This document shows, piece by piece, positions 12,201-21,122 of a stretch of DNA of 64,000 nucleotides. Position 1 is the stretch's first letter. Every line of letters starts with the position of its first letter. Source of the DNA: a virus. The stretch lies in IMG/VR virus record IMGVR_UViG_3300033146_000850, positions 62,064 through 126,063 of that record. The stretch is one strand, 5' to 3'. The notes below the pieces were generated by a model. The model saw nothing but the letters and a program-made list of their open reading frames with translations, made no database searches and was not told the DNA's origin. The position numbers and the translations under genes were made by a program.

Positions 12201-14399
12201 GAATATGATAAACACGATACATTAAATGGAGTATCTGCATTAACAATATCTGATACTGTTGATTTAATCTGTCCAGATACTAGTATAATAGACTACACTT
12301 CATCCACACCATTTATAAATAATGAAACACTAGGTAGATTTGGAACTGGTTTAAATCGAGCTTTTAATGGAGTATATGATATTGGAATAATTAACACCAA
12401 CATATTAATAGATAACAATAATGATGTCACAGGTATAAACGATGGGACAGGTTCCCCATTAACAACAGGGTTGGCGAAATTCGTTAAAACATCTACAAAT
12501 TTAAAAGCTATGGATTCTTTTAATGAAATAAACAAAGATTATTCATATATATTTGACCAAATAAATGATGCAATATATTTTGAAAAATATGAAACAGATG
12601 TTGCAAACATTTTATCCGAATCTAATTTAAACGTATATAATATATTTGATAAAAATATAAGACACGAAAATTGGGAGTTTATAACACCAAACATATATCA
12701 AACGTATGAGTTTAACAATTCACATATGTTGAATAATATTGAATTTTTCATCGACACTCCTGGTGAACTTGGTAAGAAATATAAAGGTAAAATTGCTATA
12801 TTTTTTGGATTTCTAATAAACGGACAAATAACTAGAAGTAGCATCATCCACACTAAAGTTGTACATTTTGATTCTAATAATTCTCACGATACAACAATCT
12901 TAGATGATAAGATTAGTATAATATTAGATACACCGATATATATACCTAAAAATAAACCATTTTTCATTGGATTTATCAAAGAAAACACTGAAATTATAAA
13001 TGGTGAGGAGTGTACATTTAAATACATTGAAAACGGGGAATATGATTTAAACAACGATATTTTAGTGCCTTTCTCTGCTAATTTTAATCACGAATTAATA
13101 ACAAATGGGGTTAGTTATAAAAATAGATTGTTAAAAATAGATTTAACAATGAATAAATATGAAAAAAATATAGAGAGTGTTATAATATCTGAAAATAAAG
13201 ATGTTGCCGATAAATTTATAAAATTGGTAACATTTTCTAATAATTTAATCCCAAATGAAACATCTATCAAATATTCATATTCAATTAATGGTATTGGAAA
13301 TGATGTAAAATGGTATCAATTTAATATAAATGAAGAAATACCATTTTTAACATCTAAAGATAAATTTGCATTTAAGGTTTCTATAAAAACTGATAATGAA
13401 TATATATCACCAATATTCAAAAAATCACTAATGGTTACTTTTAAATATTTAGAATTAAATACTATGGGTAACCCACCTATAATGAATAACACACCTATTA
13501 CCCCAGTATTTGGAAACCATTACAATCATTATACCTATAATAATAGTGGTAATAAGCTTGAACAGATACAATATAACACTTTAACATCAAATCAAGACCC
13601 ATTTTCGTGGTTAAATATTAATGGCAATGATACCATTCGTTATTATGGTGTAGGTATGAATATTAAAAACATCGAAACTAGGGTTAATGATTATAATGTT
13701 TCTACAGGTGGAACCATTAATAAATTAACACCATATATGTACGTTGATTACAATAGCACAAAGACGGACACTGGACAAATATTTATGTCGAAAAGTTATA
13801 CTACCAAGTATAAACTAGATAGGATATTCTACCCCAATATTGTTCAAAATCAACAAAGCGAAACAGTAAAAATATATAGAACAGTTATAGATTTTATAAA
13901 CCCATATGCATCCATACGCAACATATTAAACCCAGGTGATAAATTCTTCGGTGTTCCAGTTATAGTTATTAATCCATCAACTGGAAAACAAATCGATATG
14001 TATAATGATAATGGATACTTTGAAGATTTAATGAAAGGACTTTCAACATATGGTGCGGGAACATCGACACTTGGTGGAAAATGGATAGTTGATATTGATG
14101 GTAAACATAACTCAATAACCATAACTAATAATGGTGGTAGTAGTCATTCAAGAGGAATTGGTAATATATATGGTAGAAAGTTAATAATAAAAAAATTAAA
14201 CAACGGAACATATAGACAAATTTATGAATTTGTAGGTGGAAACAATGAACATTTAGAAGAGGTTAATCTTGGAATGATGGTTCCAGCTTATTTTAATGAT
14301 ATTACTGGAGATTATACTTATAGTGTCATTAAAAATATAATGTTTACTTGTGATACATTAACAACAACTAATCCAGATGAGTTTCATTTAACAAGTTAG
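6264..14399 (+). CDS. very large virion structural protein (DUF4815-like N-terminus)
   Basis: ILFHPGRVLQSRELTQLQT and GADRLK motifs; 2711 aa, beta-rich; baseplate neighbourhood. Confidence 0.75.
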   Translation: MDILNRKGLQYSNYFDDFFKEGGFADKYRQILFHPGRVLQSRELTQLQTLLNEYSKAHLDNVFKNGSVVQGCYLTTFHDDDNNTDYIKLEDGLVYFDGSMYKISDLKLELNNDFKHILESQTPINKINATIGIMVNYEIISNTGDLSGVDSDEQLSLLDPAIQYFDAESTIGADRLKVYFNLVLKIKANSTDYTYFYNNDGSVINTSEFDYENIHYFDVARTLISYGDVVWEPNTSYHENQIIIPTISNGYKYKVTTPGDSGVIEPIWSLIIGNTNIDNTITWTNDGVESTKYSTENVSYLNRNYKFKDVDDGVTNIEDSILEGLDIQSNNDLDLNINSIINKQNDIYNNLTYFNVSKGIGKINGEHVPTVKNTLFKFDKPSKLPDGSNSGVNTEAINSYKDDNSNEGVYFKYFVENNHYSRIGAGPYSFDHSENFQFMSVGRRVAIQEYDNSNGLYYTIAKANICNIDNKYNTITDFNQPESWDKFKYKGFWKENEKSLYIEGITEIDENVAKLYRDSSNSYTLKLTEPVAYDILNNNCNGGLQAIGQIFNYEDVEFEYKYVMSASVEPGIPNFTSTMYVVKHSSFNLNTAELFNNSKGGIIIINNELYTIVGATHITGTTTIRLQLARIDYTYMLNVDGSYSYNPSMRATDDITTKQSTPGNYTHDIKFIKYHLVKNILDDTTFTIEYNDNNTSDWSQLPTNQNLAEKFITITSPWDDMNGFQTIIRNSTNNKIDQRDKVITYEPIVPYLFNKYHIFAGDSLRLLNDITQTIPKNNYNQIGDEINLNPGYTTTLMKPGDRIYNGITNKNNVCIIKEIIDDNRLRIISSESGCEIATITYYTSYPGTPTIYEYIITLTDSYIIDEEILKRGDYIKIPGDNLSITDISSGTITALGYNNNNTYCGPFTFGDMLSQIVEDLHYTIGADFYNYKIENNDIFWDFKIEDIKNIGNPNNANQTNDNSFADSNNLGTFNISYHSSNFKNTYLNDIIFETGYSLNSIIDNDKSQRIVFVDELGNLNYDHVIEKGVNILTTPNLLIDDDILNDFNDLSLPFVEDELIDYSVNTLVNLDTEITNIDIEGNVDYASFNFNSSENILGIFQAYGNTNKDIDMFIKLQGTGVHDENKVVFTRIQDNVNVDYIINHQGHIINDNGAGSGDLGINIKHFNTNNNVENITFNIASFGEGSSIGRDYQIMGDTGEIINVEKASGMKFFVNLDMSVDNYTYHTVNETMSVADHTVDPSTFDIYKSDTENNVIHSKSAFFDPLTHVGKVFYIKDVSQGALDTKYYFFLIKSVESTTTIKVYGEVPDKFKRTMTVSGNYSYVPHSGFVIIDSSRIITSNITGYPNNKLWLPYEDSFKFQLSAYILSYEDENLDFTFTNSSNLDGTIIIEDEIKLEVNDPITLSLYKKVSKDELWDGNTITPGVNINNIDLWGSYHPFMRIRENLTKKYGKPLSYNHEPILYPTEHTELRSVSYSPTVEIEYNYILPDVVHFHLNTNGTITHLKTAPQQYNNIQPFYIQDKLYIGTNIIPPTLDNKSFLTTGNQIFNFNKDIVEYFDNRKVQSNVKTNNNLLTLQDIYALERRDLYFSTGKTFTYWELGYGTITPRLSKIFNVTNPNGLYNHTHYEYKWNKLVGNNAEFMSQLHSNDVIGIFKIPETITNVENNPDSKIYNTPTEICRIKQILNNNELIIDGELTTRANVLPSFDIILLPSSFNYNKPLLSFDYIVTSGQCIPSQWYIKREQEINYIQYLMNKNEYSIYNILNNDMSFGDGYRILKQREKKISFQEFLSQNQPFRVPGIDVFNNEILPIFQKLGGKIDLDITSSTKFKQYGRELPTNHEQNYNITLNPIDSFKILDTNIYETGTIKFNNENIVNDIKFTLNDSLTLNSGFYVGDTIYSYKGGALLNFKNDDNNNQNINWDFINTEQFFNISSVMSKSNDIDYNYILTNKVSINPKNNYKYLFRPTTFINTSVIDNVKLEYDKHDTLNGVSALTISDTVDLICPDTSIIDYTSSTPFINNETLGRFGTGLNRAFNGVYDIGIINTNILIDNNNDVTGINDGTGSPLTTGLAKFVKTSTNLKAMDSFNEINKDYSYIFDQINDAIYFEKYETDVANILSESNLNVYNIFDKNIRHENWEFITPNIYQTYEFNNSHMLNNIEFFIDTPGELGKKYKGKIAIFFGFLINGQITRSSIIHTKVVHFDSNNSHDTTILDDKISIILDTPIYIPKNKPFFIGFIKENTEIINGEECTFKYIENGEYDLNNDILVPFSANFNHELITNGVSYKNRLLKIDLTMNKYEKNIESVIISENKDVADKFIKLVTFSNNLIPNETSIKYSYSINGIGNDVKWYQFNINEEIPFLTSKDKFAFKVSIKTDNEYISPIFKKSLMVTFKYLELNTMGNPPIMNNTPITPVFGNHYNHYTYNNSGNKLEQIQYNTLTSNQDPFSWLNINGNDTIRYYGVGMNIKNIETRVNDYNVSTGGTINKLTPYMYVDYNSTKTDTGQIFMSKSYTTKYKLDRIFYPNIVQNQQSETVKIYRTVIDFINPYASIRNILNPGDKFFGVPVIVINPSTGKQIDMYNDNGYFEDLMKGLSTYGAGTSTLGGKWIVDIDGKHNSITITNNGGSSHSRGIGNIYGRKLIIKKLNNGTYRQIYEFVGGNNEHLEEVNLGMMVPAYFNDITGDYTYSVIKNIMFTCDTLTTTNPDEFHLTS

Positions 14400-14450
14400 A
14401 ATATATATATATTATAAACAAACATATAAACAAATAGAGAGGAACAACAA

Positions 14451-14765
14451 ATGAATTTATCTTATAATATTAAATATTTAAAAGGTGATGATATTATTAA
14501 ATTAGAAAAATATTTACACGATGTAACATATCACGATTTAAAACAAGAAATGTTTTTCAAATTTACTAATAATAGAGATAGTATTGTAATTAATGACAAA
14601 GATGGTAGAAGTGTTACTATGCAATTACAAGATTTCATAGACCAAACCTGGACTAAATTAAATATATTTTTCAAATTTAAAGATTTTACATCAGATGATG
14701 TATGTAAAGTCAATAAAAAAGAATTAGAAGAATTTAATAAATTAGCAACAACAATCCCCAAATAG
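14451..14765 (+). CDS. hypothetical protein
   Basis: 104-aa ORF with GAGG RBS. Confidence 0.6.
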   Translation: MNLSYNIKYLKGDDIIKLEKYLHDVTYHDLKQEMFFKFTNNRDSIVINDKDGRSVTMQLQDFIDQTWTKLNIFFKFKDFTSDDVCKVNKKELEEFNKLATTIPK

Positions 14766-14812
14766 GTTTTAAATGATAAATATAGTTATTAATCATAAAA
14801 AGGTATATACCA

Positions 14813-15430
14813 ATGAGAAAAATAACTATTTTAAAAAACAATAATAAAAAATATTCATTTCAAATTATAGATAATAAAGTAATTCAATACACCAGTGAAT
14901 ATATATATGATGATGTTTTTAGTTTAGAAAATAAATTATCAGATTATTTACAAGAAGATTTACTATTAGTAAATAAAAATGGATTATATGGTATATTTGA
15001 TTGTTGGAACAAAGAATTATTATTACCTATTCTATACAAAAACATAGAAGTGATACAACATCATGACACATTTTTATTTTTATGTACCCAGATAAACGAT
15101 ATGATTGTTATGCATAACAATATAGGTCAAAAAATGTTTAACGATGAATATTCTAATCTAATGTATATTGGGTTTTTTAATACTAATAATAAATACATAT
15201 ATCTTTATGATAAAAATGGGTCAGTTGGGGCATTATCTATAGATGGGAATATAATAATTAAGGATAGTACTCAATATTCTTTTAAATACTATAGACGTTC
15301 TGATAATATAATTTTAGAAACTATATTGAAAGTTGAAAATGAGGAAGATATCATATTATATGATATTTACACAGCAAATGGGTTGTTATTATTTTCAAAT
15401 ATAGATAATTATGAATTTTTAAAGTTATGA
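14813..15430 (+). CDS. WG-repeat-like beta protein
   Basis: KNGLYGIFD...LLLPILYKNI and KNGSVGALSIDGNIII units. Confidence 0.55.
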   Translation: MRKITILKNNNKKYSFQIIDNKVIQYTSEYIYDDVFSLENKLSDYLQEDLLLVNKNGLYGIFDCWNKELLLPILYKNIEVIQHHDTFLFLCTQINDMIVMHNNIGQKMFNDEYSNLMYIGFFNTNNKYIYLYDKNGSVGALSIDGNIIIKDSTQYSFKYYRRSDNIILETILKVENEEDIILYDIYTANGLLLFSNIDNYEFLKL

Positions 15431-15440
15431 GGGATTGTAA

Positions 15441-16502
15441 ATGGTAAAAACAACAATCAACAAATTAGCAAACGATATTGAAGATACCAAAATGGAATCG
15501 ACAGAAATATTTGAAAATAGTAATATAAATGATAATTTTGTTAGATGGTATCCACATCGAGAAGTTGGGAATAGACCCAATATAACAAGTGATAAAGCAG
15601 TTAAAGGCAAAAAGGCATCTAGTGATTTGGAAAAATATGGGTCATACCATTTTGAAATAGTATTTTTTCCAGAGGGTACGAATACTCTTTTACCAAAAAT
15701 AAACATTACAAAAATAAATAAAGAAAATGCAGACAATCCATATACAAAGATAGTAGGTGGTGCAGGTTCAAAATTTATAGATGTTATTTATAATTCGATA
15801 TCTGAATCTATTAATCAATTAAAAAATTCAATGATGTCAACACAATACAAACAAGAAAGTTCTAAAGGTATTGTTATTGGAGCCCCTGTTGTAATGTTTG
15901 AAAACCAAACAGGATATAAATGTGATATATATCTACCATTAAATAAATATAGCACTAAAAGAAAGAGTGGAATAGCAGAAGATAAAAATATAACAAGTGA
16001 TATAGGAACAGGTGTCTTACAATTTGGAAGTAAAATGATAGGTGATTTTATTGGCAACGCTGGTAACACGGTTAAGGGAACTACAGGTGGAACATTTAGA
16101 GATTTTATAGCACCAAGGATAACCGCACCAACATTAGAAACATTAGAATTACAATGGGATTTAATACCTAGAAGTCAGATAGAAATGGAACATATTTTAG
16201 ATATTTTGAGATTTTTCCAATCCGCATCCGTTCCTTATTTTAATAAAACTGATTATTTTTACAATATGCCTCCAGTAATATTAATGGAAGCAATAACTTA
16301 TGATTTTGACAATGATGAAAATATCAATTTAAGACCTAAAAGACAATATTATATCACGGATATAAATATAGATGTATCACAGGATAATGGTAGTGTAGTT
16401 TTAAACCCTGATGGGTTTCCAATGTTTATATCTTTAACCGTCAATCTAATAAAAACAGATTTAACAACATATAAGGAATTATTTAAATATCCATTAATGT
16501 AG
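15441..16502 (+). CDS. gp48: baseplate tail-tube cap (gp48-like)
   Basis: LQWDLIPRSQIE...ILRFFQSASVP...PP, ITDINID, DGFP...LT motifs. Confidence 0.75.
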   Translation: MVKTTINKLANDIEDTKMESTEIFENSNINDNFVRWYPHREVGNRPNITSDKAVKGKKASSDLEKYGSYHFEIVFFPEGTNTLLPKINITKINKENADNPYTKIVGGAGSKFIDVIYNSISESINQLKNSMMSTQYKQESSKGIVIGAPVVMFENQTGYKCDIYLPLNKYSTKRKSGIAEDKNITSDIGTGVLQFGSKMIGDFIGNAGNTVKGTTGGTFRDFIAPRITAPTLETLELQWDLIPRSQIEMEHILDILRFFQSASVPYFNKTDYFYNMPPVILMEAITYDFDNDENINLRPKRQYYITDINIDVSQDNGSVVLNPDGFPMFISLTVNLIKTDLTTYKELFKYPLM

Positions 16503-16585
16503 TATTTCTTTAATGAATTCAATAACTTAGATATTATCGATATTTTTATTAAATTTTAAAGTCATTAATATAAATATATTAATAA

Positions 16586-16729
16586 TTAAAAGGAAAAACC
16601 AGTTATAGAAATAAAAAACTTATTCTTGAAGGTAATTTGAAAGTAAAAGAAATTGCAAAATTATTCAAAGTAGGTGAAAGAACCATATCTCAAATTAAGA
16701 ACTGGCATCGTTGGTCTCATGTTAAATAA
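16586..16729 (+). pseudogene. remnant C-terminal HTH of an HNH-type homing endonuclease
   Basis: VIEIK / KLILEGNLKVKEIAKLFKVGERTISQIKNWHRWSHVK* split over two frames; no start codon. Confidence 0.6.
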
Positions 16730-16765
16730 TAAATATAATTATAATAAATTTATATAGGTGAAAAA

Positions 16766-17323
16766 ATGTTTGAAAATTTTCCAATTAACACATATCAATT
16801 TGAGGGTGAACAAGTCAGAAATATTATAGATTTTTACCATAGATTTGACTTTTTTTATGAATATTATAAAAAAAACACATCCTATTTCAAAGAATATGTA
16901 ATAAAAGACCACGAAACACCAGAGAGCTTATCCTCTAAATTTTTCAACAATAAAAAATATTGGTTTATTCTATTATTAATCAATAATAGAAGTGACCCAT
17001 TTTTCGATTGGGTATTAACTAATGATGAAATAACACTATATGCTGAAAAATTTGTAAAAGAAAACCCAATAGAAGTTAATTCTTATATTTTAAAGCACCC
17101 ACACTTATTAGATAGTTTATCAAATATTAGTGGAACAAATGTTGTAGAATATAACCCAATTGACCCAAAGGATGAAAATAATATAATAGTAAAATATATG
17201 ATTGATTATTATTATGGTGAATTAATTAAAGAAAATGATTCCAGAAGACATATTTTCATACCTGATAAGAATATGATGAAAGAGTTATATAATACGTATA
17301 TGAAGATGTCAAATGATTTATAA
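16766..17323 (+). CDS. gp53: baseplate wedge protein (gp53-like)
   Basis: FENFP, YVIKDHETPESLS...YWFILLLINN..DPFFDW. Confidence 0.85.
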   Translation: MFENFPINTYQFEGEQVRNIIDFYHRFDFFYEYYKKNTSYFKEYVIKDHETPESLSSKFFNNKKYWFILLLINNRSDPFFDWVLTNDEITLYAEKFVKENPIEVNSYILKHPHLLDSLSNISGTNVVEYNPIDPKDENNIIVKYMIDYYYGELIKENDSRRHIFIPDKNMMKELYNTYMKMSNDL

Positions 17324-17334
17324 TGGAGTAATTT

Positions 17335-18651
17335 TTGAATAATAATACAGTTAATATCAATAATAAAACAATAGAACAAGGAATTTCAACAAAAGTAATA
17401 ATAGATAATTATAACTTAGATGTAACATCTGAAATATTAAAATTAAATTTAAATTTTTCAATAGTAGGAATGTCATCAGGAAGCATTATACTGAATGATA
17501 TAAATAGCAACATATTTAATAGCATACCTTTAGTTGGAGGTGAATTTGTAACAGTAATATTTCATTCAATATATTCCTCCAAACCAATATTAATAAAAAT
17601 TTTCAACATTAGTAAAATTGAAATAATAGATAAGAATTTAAAAATAGGAAATAGTAAATCTAAATTTAGAATATATTTAACATCAACAGCAATATTATCT
17701 AATAATATGACTAAAATGTCTAAAGGATATTCAACACCAAGAAAATCATCAGATATTGTTCAAGATATATGTAAAAATAATTTAAATATAGACGAATCAA
17801 TTTCTTTAATTCTTAAAAGCAACACAATACTAGAAAATTTTATAATACCCTGGATGTATCCATTAGATGCAATACAATATTTGAAGATGATATCTAGTAA
17901 TGAAAAAGAAAAGGATTTTTATTTGTTTTATGAGGGGTTATATAATTATAATTTTGTACCATTGTCAGAATTAGTAAAACAAACCCCCAAAATTAGATTA
18001 GATAGACAAATATCTAATGATATTACTAAAGGTATTAGTATATTACGAATAAATGATGATAGGTTTGTATCAGGAATTGATTTATTATCATCTTTGAAAA
18101 TGCAAGGATTAGGTGGAACATACGTATATTTCGATTCTAAGGCTAAAAAAGCAGTAGAGGTGGAATATACCATTAATAAATCTTTTTTGGACGATATAGA
18201 CACACTAGGGAGCTTTTCACGGTATAATGAAATCATAGCAAACAACACATCTAAGTCAAATTACAACATTTCAACGTCAGATAGTGAATATCACGATAAA
18301 TTTGCATATTATAATATAAGAAAAGAATCTTTTAATAAATATAATTTAAAAGTAAAAATAGCTGGAACTTTAGATATAAATGTAGGTCAAACAATATACG
18401 TTGAACATAATCAAAATGGTTCAGAGGTTAATACTTGGTTTACAGGGACGTGGATAGTGTCAGGTGTATCCCTTATTTTCTCGTTTAAAGATGATGATTC
18501 CGATAAATTAGGAAGACCAACCTTTAAAACTGAATTAATTCTAACCAAAGATACATATGGTAGTATGAAAAGGGATACAGCAACAATGTCTAATTTAATT
18601 AAAACAACAACTAATATAAATAATGATATAGTCAATAAAAGAGGTGAATAA
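17335..18651 (+). CDS. baseplate hub protein (gp27-like)
   Basis: SGSIILND...PLVGGE, FIIPWMYP, FYLFYE, G...GQ.I, FTGTWIV; sits between gp53 and gp5. Confidence 0.6.
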   Translation: MNNNTVNINNKTIEQGISTKVIIDNYNLDVTSEILKLNLNFSIVGMSSGSIILNDINSNIFNSIPLVGGEFVTVIFHSIYSSKPILIKIFNISKIEIIDKNLKIGNSKSKFRIYLTSTAILSNNMTKMSKGYSTPRKSSDIVQDICKNNLNIDESISLILKSNTILENFIIPWMYPLDAIQYLKMISSNEKEKDFYLFYEGLYNYNFVPLSELVKQTPKIRLDRQISNDITKGISILRINDDRFVSGIDLLSSLKMQGLGGTYVYFDSKAKKAVEVEYTINKSFLDDIDTLGSFSRYNEIIANNTSKSNYNISTSDSEYHDKFAYYNIRKESFNKYNLKVKIAGTLDINVGQTIYVEHNQNGSEVNTWFTGTWIVSGVSLIFSFKDDDSDKLGRPTFKTELILTKDTYGSMKRDTATMSNLIKTTTNINNDIVNKRGE

Positions 18652-19427
18652 TGTTTTATAGAGCAGTTGTTGAAAATAATAAAGACCCCAAAAACCTGCA
18701 AAGAGTTCAAGTAAGAGTGTTAGGTGTACATTCACAAGATAAAAAAGACATACCTTTGAGTGTTTTACCTTGGGCAGAGCCTTGTTTACCAATAACTAGT
18801 GGTAAAATTGATAAAGGGTACGGCACATTTGAAGTTCCTGATATTGGTGATTGGGTATGGGTATTTTTTGAAGAATGTGATATCATCAAACAATATCCCA
18901 AATTTTTTGGTATAATTAGAGGTCAAAATGATACACACCCCCAATATAAACAAGGGGATAATGTTGTAAAAAAAGACAGATGGGATAATACTTCTATTAT
19001 TGATGAAACACACGAAGAATATACTGACCATTTTGGAAACCACATAGTAGCAAATGAAGATTTTATCACTATAACAAATGGAAACTCCACTGCTAACGTT
19101 AAAATAGATAAAGATGGGAATGTAACCATCAATAATGAGGGTGAATTAGTAATAAATTCAAATAAAACAATATCTATTGGTGGAAAGGATACCGATAATA
19201 ATAGAAATGCTAAATCACCTGCAAAAGGAAGAACTCCTATTGTTAATTGGTCTGGGTTAGAATCTTACATTGTAGCATTAGAGGCTTGGTTAGATTCACA
19301 CGTACATACAGGCAATCTATCATATCCAACCACACCACCAGTAATACAATATACCAATATAGGACAACCACTCCACGAAAATATAAACTCACCAAAAATA
19401 CAAATATCAACAACAGGGGATATATGA
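18651..19427 (+). CDS. gp5: baseplate spike (gp5 OB-fold, no lysozyme domain)
   Basis: VVENNKDPKNLQRVQVRVLGVH...LPWA...PDIGDWVWVFF; C-terminal HVH motif. Confidence 0.85.
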   Translation: MFYRAVVENNKDPKNLQRVQVRVLGVHSQDKKDIPLSVLPWAEPCLPITSGKIDKGYGTFEVPDIGDWVWVFFEECDIIKQYPKFFGIIRGQNDTHPQYKQGDNVVKKDRWDNTSIIDETHEEYTDHFGNHIVANEDFITITNGNSTANVKIDKDGNVTINNEGELVINSNKTISIGGKDTDNNRNAKSPAKGRTPIVNWSGLESYIVALEAWLDSHVHTGNLSYPTTPPVIQYTNIGQPLHENINSPKIQISTTGDI

Positions 19428-19951
19428 TGAAATTAAGCTCATATTTGATAAAAAGGTATGGTCACGGTGATGCAAACAACATCAGTTCAAATGGAACTAA
19501 AATATTAGATAATTTAGGGGAATCTATTCAAAAATACACATCACAAATCATAACCCCATTAACCATAGATATTAAAAATGGCATACCTCACGTTTCATCA
19601 GAATATGACAATTGTTGGGATGAAATAACATCTAATTTTGAAGATATTGAAAATAAAGCAAAATTGTTAGATGAAACTGAATTAATACATTATTATGCTA
19701 AAACTTGGGCAGATAATATTGGGGAATTACTAATAATAAAAGCAACATTGGGAACTTCTTTGAATATGTTAACATTAAATTTATATGATGGGATATTTAA
19801 TTCTTGGGGAATAATAAGAGATAATTTATTAAAAAATATAAATAATAAACCTATAAATTTTTCATTTAGTCCAGCACCTGATATATTTCGAGCTACATTG
19901 TGTAAATATAGTGATGAATGGATGAATATATATGGGTTTTCATCTTTTTAA
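19424..19951 (+). CDS. hypothetical protein
   Basis: ATGA overlap with gp5 stop gives the likely start. Confidence 0.55.
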   Translation: MMKLSSYLIKRYGHGDANNISSNGTKILDNLGESIQKYTSQIITPLTIDIKNGIPHVSSEYDNCWDEITSNFEDIENKAKLLDETELIHYYAKTWADNIGELLIIKATLGTSLNMLTLNLYDGIFNSWGIIRDNLLKNINNKPINFSFSPAPDIFRATLCKYSDEWMNIYGFSSF

Positions 19952-19989
19952 TTATATATTATCATTATTAATAATATTAAGAGGTAATA

Positions 19990-20694
19990 ATGGGGAATAA
20001 AAGACCTACAAAATATTTACAAGGGGTTTATAGACCTAGACATCCTGAAAAATATAAAGGTAATATTAATGATATAATATATAGAAGCAGTTATGAATTA
20101 CAATTTATGCATTATTGTGACTCAAACCCATCAATTATACATTGGGGGTCAGAAGAAGTTGTTATACCATACCTTAAACCCACAGATAATAGGATTCATA
20201 AATATTATCTTGATTTTTGGATAGAATATATATCAAATGAATATGAACAACAAGATGATTATTGGGAAGAAATAATTGAATCAAATTATACGGAAGACCA
20301 AAAAATACAAATACAACTAATTAAAGAGGGTAAACACCCTAAAATAAAACCAATAATAAATATTGTGAAAATACCTAATAATGAAATAGGCAAAGTCAAT
20401 GATATATATTTATCTGAAACAACAGGTGTTCTATTTATTAAAAAACAAGGAAAATACGTGACTGATAAGAATGGGGAACGAATTGGAAAAATAAAAAAAG
20501 CAATAATAGAAATAAAACCACATATTCAAACAGAAAGACCCAAAAAACAATCAAGAATAACTGAATCTTATAAGAAAAAATGTATAACTTACAGTATAAA
20601 TAATGCTAAATGGGATGCTGCTGAACAATTTGCAACAAAACATAATATGGAGTTCATAATAATAACAGAAAAATGGTTAAAAAATATAAAATGA
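19990..20694 (+). CDS. gp4: head completion nuclease (gp4, TnsA-like) with internal insertion
   Basis: YRSSYE, WGSEEVVIPY, HKYYLDF, IEIKP, NNAKWDAA, IITE. Confidence 0.9.
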   Translation: MGNKRPTKYLQGVYRPRHPEKYKGNINDIIYRSSYELQFMHYCDSNPSIIHWGSEEVVIPYLKPTDNRIHKYYLDFWIEYISNEYEQQDDYWEEIIESNYTEDQKIQIQLIKEGKHPKIKPIINIVKIPNNEIGKVNDIYLSETTGVLFIKKQGKYVTDKNGERIGKIKKAIIEIKPHIQTERPKKQSRITESYKKKCITYSINNAKWDAAEQFATKHNMEFIIITEKWLKNIK

Positions 20695-21086
20695 TAAAGA
20701 ATAAAATAATAAAAAATAGCATATGGAAAATTGATTGGGATAATAAACAATTAATATTATTAAACAATGATTCAATATACTTTTTACCAATTAAAGGGAA
20801 AACAGGGGTAATATTAGATGTGAGTGATTTACCAACATCTATAAAAAAAATGATTATTAAACAATTTATAGTTCAAAAAAATATAATTAAAAAGAAAAAG
20901 TCATATAGACATAAAAAATCTAATAGTTTCCCAATATTGCAACAAATTCTATCTTTTGCAATCAATCTACCAAATAATTCAATAAATTTAAACGATAGAA
21001 TCACTATATTTAAATACAGTGATGAAAAATCTCTTGATTTTAGTGTTAGAGAAAAAATAAATTATATATTGCAAAGTTATAAATAA
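20691..21086 (+). CDS. hypothetical basic protein
   Basis: ATGA overlap with gp4 stop. Confidence 0.5.
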   Translation: MIKNKIIKNSIWKIDWDNKQLILLNNDSIYFLPIKGKTGVILDVSDLPTSIKKMIIKQFIVQKNIIKKKKSYRHKKSNSFPILQQILSFAINLPNNSINLNDRITIFKYSDEKSLDFSVREKINYILQSYK

Positions 21087-21122
21087 TTATAGAAATTAGA
21101 ACCAATAATAAGGAGAAATACT

